Positions 56,829 to 64,000 of a stretch of 64,000 nucleotides of DNA are shown here, one piece after another (positions within the stretch are counted from its first letter, which is position 1; each line of letters begins with the position of its first letter). Origin of the DNA: Octopus vulgaris (Eukaryota); contig OX597842.1 of the NCBI GenBank assembly GCA_951406725.2, positions 33,542,001-33,606,000 on the forward strand, in the 5' to 3' direction. Made by a program: the position numbers and the translations under genes. The notes below the pieces were generated by a model that was not told the DNA's origin, ran no database searches, and saw only the letters and a program-made list of their open reading frames with translations.

Positions 56829-57354
56829 CACACTTAAGCATTACTATACATGTATATATGAATATATACGCACACATCGCATTCCAAAGTATTAATACAA
56901 ATAATATAACTAAATATGAATATATGTATATTCCTATATACGCATAAATATGTGTGTGTGTATGTGTGTGTATACGGAGAGATAAATATTTTCACACAAA
57001 CATGGGAAAAAGTTAATTTATATACGCATACGGGTGATATTCAACAACTACGACCGGCAATCCACAATAGCCGTGACATTAACAACAGCAATAACGTTAA
57101 TAACAACAACAACTAAAACGATAACAAAATCTCTCACACTATCGACATTAACAACAACAACAACAACAACAGCGATTAGTATAACGAGAACGGGGTTCCA
57201 ACATACACCAACAATCCTCCGTTCGGAGGATATGACTGCGAATGTCTCATAACGCTGTTGAGCATTTTCTGATTTTGCTGTTCGTCCCAGGCACCAAGGA
57301 AATTATATCATGAATAAATAAGTACGAATATTTTAAGACCCGTTTGCTTATAGT

Positions 57355-57525
57355 TGGGTACAGGAGTGGCGTTGCTACGAGGGAAGAAGCTTGCATCACA
57401 ACCACATGGTTCCGACGTCGGTCCCGTTCCGTGGCAACTCCGACGAGTCTTTCTTACCATTGCCTCTCACCAACATCAGCCTTGTAAGCAGATTTAGTAG
57501 ATGGAAACTGAAAGAAGCCTGTCGT
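57355..57525 (+). mobile_element. Degenerate SINE family A head
   Basis: CAGGAGTGGC...AACCACATGGTTCC...GGAAACTGAAAGAAGCCTGTCG. Confidence 0.75.
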
Positions 57526-57827
57526 TGGTTTGCATTTATGTGGGGGTTTAGTTCACAGGTGATCTAAACGATTAGGTACACCAGGTAAGTGCTGTGACGG
57601 ATTACTAGGGTTCCAGGGTTACAGCCGAGAGGGTAGTTATAGAGCAATCGCAGATTTCCGATGCAGCGGATATATAATTGTGAAACAGGACGTCAAACAT
57701 TACGGCAAGGCAAACATCTCCAGTCGTATACATTTCTTCAAATAACAATAATATTGTAAACTACCTGAGATGTTTGCCTTGCCTTAATGTTTATTGCCCT
57801 CTTATTATTATACACACAGACAGACAG

Positions 57828-57865
<38 letters not shown>

Positions 57866-58312
57866 GCATATATATATATGCTTAAATAAAGCTGTAAAGG
57901 CACCACAAAAACTGTTATCCAGAGTTTCACGTTCCCGTTTGTCGGGCAGTTTTGGTCTCCACTAAAACCTCCCAAAGAAAGGGGACATGAAATTCTGAGT
58001 ACATGAAACTCCGAGTATATATAGATAAAACTTACTTGGAAGAGGATGCGTTGCGTTCAATCATATAATAAAATAATAAATAATATGTATATGCATATAT
58101 ACATACGTATATGTACATACGTATATCTATACGTATATATATATTGCAGCTATGAAGCACATTACTCTACCTCCTGTATTCGAGTACTCTTTTGTCCACC
58201 TTTTTTCGCATTTATGTACTAAATCTGGTACACACACACACATATAGATAGATAAATAGATAGGTAGACAGACAGATTGATCTATATACATTTAATCATA
58301 TAAATACACACA

Positions 58313-58365
<53 letters not shown>

Positions 58366-58442
58366 ACATATTATGTATATATATATAAATTTATTCATAT
58401 ACATATACACATATATTTATTCATACATACATAGGTCTATAT

Positions 58443-58488
<46 letters not shown>

Positions 58489-59029
58489 TTATATACACAC
58501 ACACACACTGACATGCACATTCTGTATTTGGTTACTTATATACATTTGCATACATACACTAATACTCTAAACGAAAACAATATTTCATCAGCCTCACCTA
58601 TATACACACACCCTTGACAGATGTTAATGCATCGAAAGCAAAATGCATATATTTAAGTGTACAATGACAGATTTTCACACCTCTACGATGTATATATACA
58701 CAATATATACACATCTACCAAACACCCCGCGCCCCCGCCAAATACATACATACATATATATGGTTGTGATTGAGGCTTGTTAACACAGGAGAAATTCGAG
58801 TATATTTTTCGATTTTGATGGACGTAAACGCCGCCATTTTGCTTTCCTTAATTCTGCAGTGTATCTATGTGTCTACCATCTTACGTTTGCGTAACCAATG
58901 TTTGCGAGGTGTTTATGGGATACCTGCAGAAGATGACAGCTGATGGAAGCTGTATACAAAATCCATTTGCTCCCGTAAATGCGGAAAAATGGCCATGAAC
59001 TCTACATACGGCCATTCATGTATGTATAT

Positions 59030-59133
<104 letters not shown>

Positions 59134-59262
59134 CATATACATACATATATATATATATATACATACATACATACATATATATATATATATAATATATATA
59201 TATACATACATACATATATATATATATACATACATACATATATATATATATATAATATATAC

Positions 59263-59344
<82 letters not shown>

Positions 59345-59403
59345 AAATATATATATATAAATATAATATACATATATATACATATATATATATACATATA
59401 TAT

Positions 59404-59450
<47 letters not shown>

Positions 59451-59462
59451 ATATATATATAC

Positions 59463-59497
<35 letters not shown>

Positions 59498-59520
59498 CAT
59501 ATATATATACATACATACAT

Positions 59521-60025
<505 letters not shown>

Positions 60026-60190
60026 TATAAATAGATAGATAGATAAAACTTACTTGGAAGAGGATGCGTGGCTTTCAATCATATAATAAGAAATATGTAT
60101 ACATATATGCATAAATACATACGTATATGTACGTATTTATAAAAGTCCCAGCATGGCCTCAGCCTCTGGCTGAAATCCATATATGATAAA

Positions 60191-60247
<57 letters not shown>

Positions 60248-60256
60248 GCACGAAGC

Positions 60257-60307
60257 TTTGTCAGTGAACAGGTCACGGTCTTAAAGCGACGAAAATATTT
60301 TGACAAA
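60257..60307 (+). ncRNA. Second G3:C8 hammerhead-like fold
   Basis: uuuguca-GUGAACA-g-gucac..gcgac-GAAAauaUUU-ugacaaa, within 60245-60390, flanked by (TA)n. Confidence 0.55.
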
Positions 60308-60509
60308 TTAAACTTAAATGTTGAAGTGAATCTAACAGTTTTGTGTGATTCTTAAATGGCTTATAAACACCTTCCACGCTGCAATTGTTTATATATATAT
60401 ATATATATACTTATACTTACATATACATATATATATATACACTCATACACACACACATGTATATATAAACATAAACACTACTTGTAGACACGTGTACACA
60501 CGTATTCTT

Positions 60510-60697
60510 TTATTCATTTGTTTGTTTCGGTCACTTGACTACGGCCATGCTGGAGCACCGCTATGATGGATGTTCATCAAACAAATCGACACCCCACCAC
60601 CAGCACTTATGTTTTATTTTTTTAAGTCTCGATAGAATTAACGGTTTGATTTGCCGAGTCGCTAAATTACGGGAACAGAAACACACCAACATCGGTT
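60510..60697 (-). mobile_element. Degenerate SINE family A tail
   Basis: CGGCCATGCTGGAGCACCGC...ACACCAACATCGGTT. Confidence 0.7.
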
Positions 60698-61152
60698 AAA
60701 CAGAGTTATTTAATCGCTCTGCCACTTCGCTGCGGGCGCTATTAGCCATTCATTCTCACCGTGTGTGCACCATTTTCTTACTCGTTGCCTGTCACCAAAC
60801 CTAGCATATGCTCTCTGTATCTCTCTTGCATTTTTTCTACACGATGTAAAGAGTGGCAGGAAGTCTTTACTAACCAACTTTACTATAGCATCTAATAAGA
60901 CAGACAGACAGACAGACAGATAGATAGATAGATAGATAGATATAGATTGCTATATCTATAAGTACGTTGATGTACATCGTACAAGATAGCATTTCTTTGC
61001 TATACACATGTAGGAGTAGAGAGAGAGTAAGAGAGAGACAGACAGATAGAAACACAGAGAAACAAAGAGAGGAAGAGAGAGCGAGAGAGAGAGAGAGAGA
61101 GAGAAGCACATATACACAGTGTGTAGATAGGTATATGTATATATAGATAGAT

Positions 61153-61263
61153 TCCCACTGCGTGGCATCTTGGGCAAGTGTCTTCTGCTATAGCCCCGGG
61201 CCGACCAATGCCTTGTGAGTGGATTTGGTAGACAGAAACTGAAAGAGGCCTGTCGTATATATG

Positions 61264-61296
<33 letters not shown>

Positions 61297-61490
61297 CTGT
61301 GTTTGTTCCCCTAGCATTGCTTGACAACCGAAGCTGGTGTGCTTACGTCCCCGTCACTTATCGGTTCGGCAAAAACAGACCGATAGAATAAGTACTGGGC
61401 TTACAAAGAATAAGTCCCGGGGTCGATTTGCTCGACTAAAGGCGGTGCCCCAGCATGGCCGCAGTCAAATGACTGAAACAAGTAAAAGAG
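61153..61490 (+). mobile_element. SINE family A, 5'-truncated
   Basis: Homologous to the other family A copies. Confidence 0.88.
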
Positions 61491-62393
61491 AGAAAGAGAG
61501 ATAGATAGATAGATAGGCAGATAGATAGATAGACCGACAGATAAATAGATAGGTAAATAGACAGGTAAAAAGATAGATAGACAGCCAGACATATAGAGAG
61601 ATAAATAGACAGGTATATAGACAGAGAGACAGGCAGACAAACAGACAGACTCAACCACACGCTCTTCAGTGTGAAATCTAGTCCAGCAGCTCTCAGCCAA
61701 ACGGAACATAAAACGTTAAACAACTCAAAGACGGAACCCATTTTCATTTGACATAAGATTCTGCGGAATCGCCGAGGTTTTGACGTAGTGTTCATTAGCA
61801 GGTTACAGATATGACAGCTGAGATTCAGCGGTCGAGGGTTCAAGACTTCATTATGTCCATCTTGTACAAGATTTTCAGAATTCTTTTTTTTTCTCCTTTT
61901 TGTACGTGTTTAATATCTTGCAGACAACCATATTTCTTGGTAGAAATATTTTCTTTTTTTTATGTTTTTTCGCTTTCATACTGAAGAGTATTTATTTATT
62001 TATTTTTTTGTGTGTGTTGAAATTTTTTTTTATTTTTTGTTATGTTTTTCTTGTTCGTATTCAGACATCGATGCATATATGAACGATTTATTGTACAGAA
62101 AGAGAGAGAGAGAGAGAGAGAAGCTTGTATATAGCCACATATACCACTACGATATACATACACATATACATATGTGTGTGTATGTATATATTCTTCATAA
62201 AAAAGCAGAAAAAATATCATAAAAAGCAGTTAGTCTGTTTCACGTTACAGTTCTGATACACACACACACACACACACATATATACATACATATTCACATA
62301 CATATATATATACACATACATATACACATACATATATATATACACACACATATATATATATGCACACATACATATATATATACACATACATAT

Positions 62394-62442
<49 letters not shown>

Positions 62443-62647
62443 TATATATGCACACATACATATATATATATAAATATATTCAAGAAGCAATTCGAGGGTT
62501 GTAAACAATATCGAACACACATACACAAAGTATATATTTTGTTAGTTCGTGGGTAGGCTGCGCTTTTAGGCGTAAGAGAATATATTCTCATTGATACCCT
62601 TGGTGTTAAAGATAAGCGAGATAATTCGCATCAGTCCCCGTTCTTCC

Positions 62648-63025
62648 TTTTATTCTTTTATTTGCTTCAGTCATTTGTCTGCGGCCATGCTGGAGCACAG
62701 CCTTTAGTCGAACAATTCGACCCCAGGACTCATTCTTTGTACGCCTGGTACTTATTCTATCGGTCTTGTTTTACCGAATCGCTATGTTATAGGAACATGA
62801 ACACACCAACATCGGTTGTCAAGCGAAGGGGGGGGACAAACACACACACAAATATATATATGCGACGGGCTTCTTTCAGTTTCCATCCACCAAATTCACT
62901 CGCAAGGCTTTGATCGGCCCGAAGCTATAGTAGAAGACACTTGCCCAAGGTGTAAGGCAGTGGGACTGAACCCAGATCCATGTGGTTGGTAAGCAAGCTT
63001 CTTACCACAGAGCCACTCCTGCGCC
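62648..63025 (-). mobile_element. SINE family A
   Basis: Full, moderately diverged copy. Confidence 0.87.
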
Positions 63026-63064
63026 TATATATATATATACACATATATAAACACATATATATAT

Positions 63065-63122
<58 letters not shown>

Positions 63123-63152
63123 CATGCATACACACACACAAAGATATATGAG

Positions 63153-63298
63153 CCTTTCTATTATAGGCACAAGGCCTGAAATCTAGGGGTGGGGCTAATC
63201 GATTACATCGACCCCAGTGTTTTACTGGTACTTAATTTATCGACGCCGAAAGGATGAGAGGCTAAGTCGACCGCAGTGGAATTTGAAATGAGAGCGTA
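63153..63298 (-). mobile_element. SINE family C (alternative tail)
   Basis: Homologous to 41230-41411. Confidence 0.78.
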
Positions 63299-64000
63299 AA
63301 GTATGATATATAATAACAGACATACAAACGCATATATACGCACACCCGCAGAAACATGCACACGCATATATACACATATACCTACACATGTATAAACACA
63401 TTATATACACACACAAACACACACACACACACACACACATGAGTATATACGCGCGCACACATTGTTATTATATTCACATAAGAGCCATCGTTGTCTCCAG
63501 GAACGTCATTGAACATTCAATTTTAACACACATACATACACATCTCCTTTACCCTTACTTACACTCCATTTTCTCAAACATTTTAAGAACCGCTGTCCTT
63601 TTTCCCCCGACGTAATTCCTTCCCTTACGCACCAGCCCCAACCTATTTATTAAACATGCCATATTTTAATCCCCCCCTCAGTCTTCCTGTATATCGAGTG
63701 AGACTTGCTGTATAACAAGTTAATCGTCATCGATTCTGGGGTATTATACAATCAATTATGGTGTATATATTTTCGTTATACATACGTGTGTGTTTGTGTG
63801 CACGTGTATGTTTTCATATGGAAATGTTTCAGAATGTTGAAATCGATTCATATTTTAAAATCGGTTTTGAAAAATTGATTTCCTCTTTACATATATCTAG
63901 CATTGCACTTTTGTGTACATGTGTGTGTGCATACATGTGTGTATGTATATATAAACGAGTATATGTATATATATATATGTGTGTGTGTGTGTGTATATCT

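Noticed and set aside
58915-58975. ACAGC/GCTGT hairpin after CAGAAGA
   Set aside because: GAAA and the cleavage triplet are missing; too decayed to call.

Overview
AT-rich, microsatellite-saturated, non-coding eukaryotic DNA. The SINE families and extreme (TA)n/(GATA)n/(TATG)n load look like a coleoid cephalopod, probably Octopus; that is recognition, not a database result. I find no supportable host exon, and nearly all long ORFs are microsatellite or SINE artefacts. The window holds three tRNA-derived SINE families with swappable tails, several SINE/LINE-tail-derived tandem arrays, non-autonomous Helitrons and a Tc1-like MITE. It also has fragments of a mariner transposase and a Penelope GIY-YIG element, and four pieces of a Tx1/L1-type non-LTR element. 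Two signals stand out. (1) The Tx1-like element repeatedly sits in (GATA)n arrays in one orientation, suggesting microsatellite-targeted insertion. (2) Several ~200-bp elements in (TA)n carry minimal hammerhead ribozyme folds, including a G3:C8-swapped core (GUGAACA) in two copies, C4 variants and fold-back ends.
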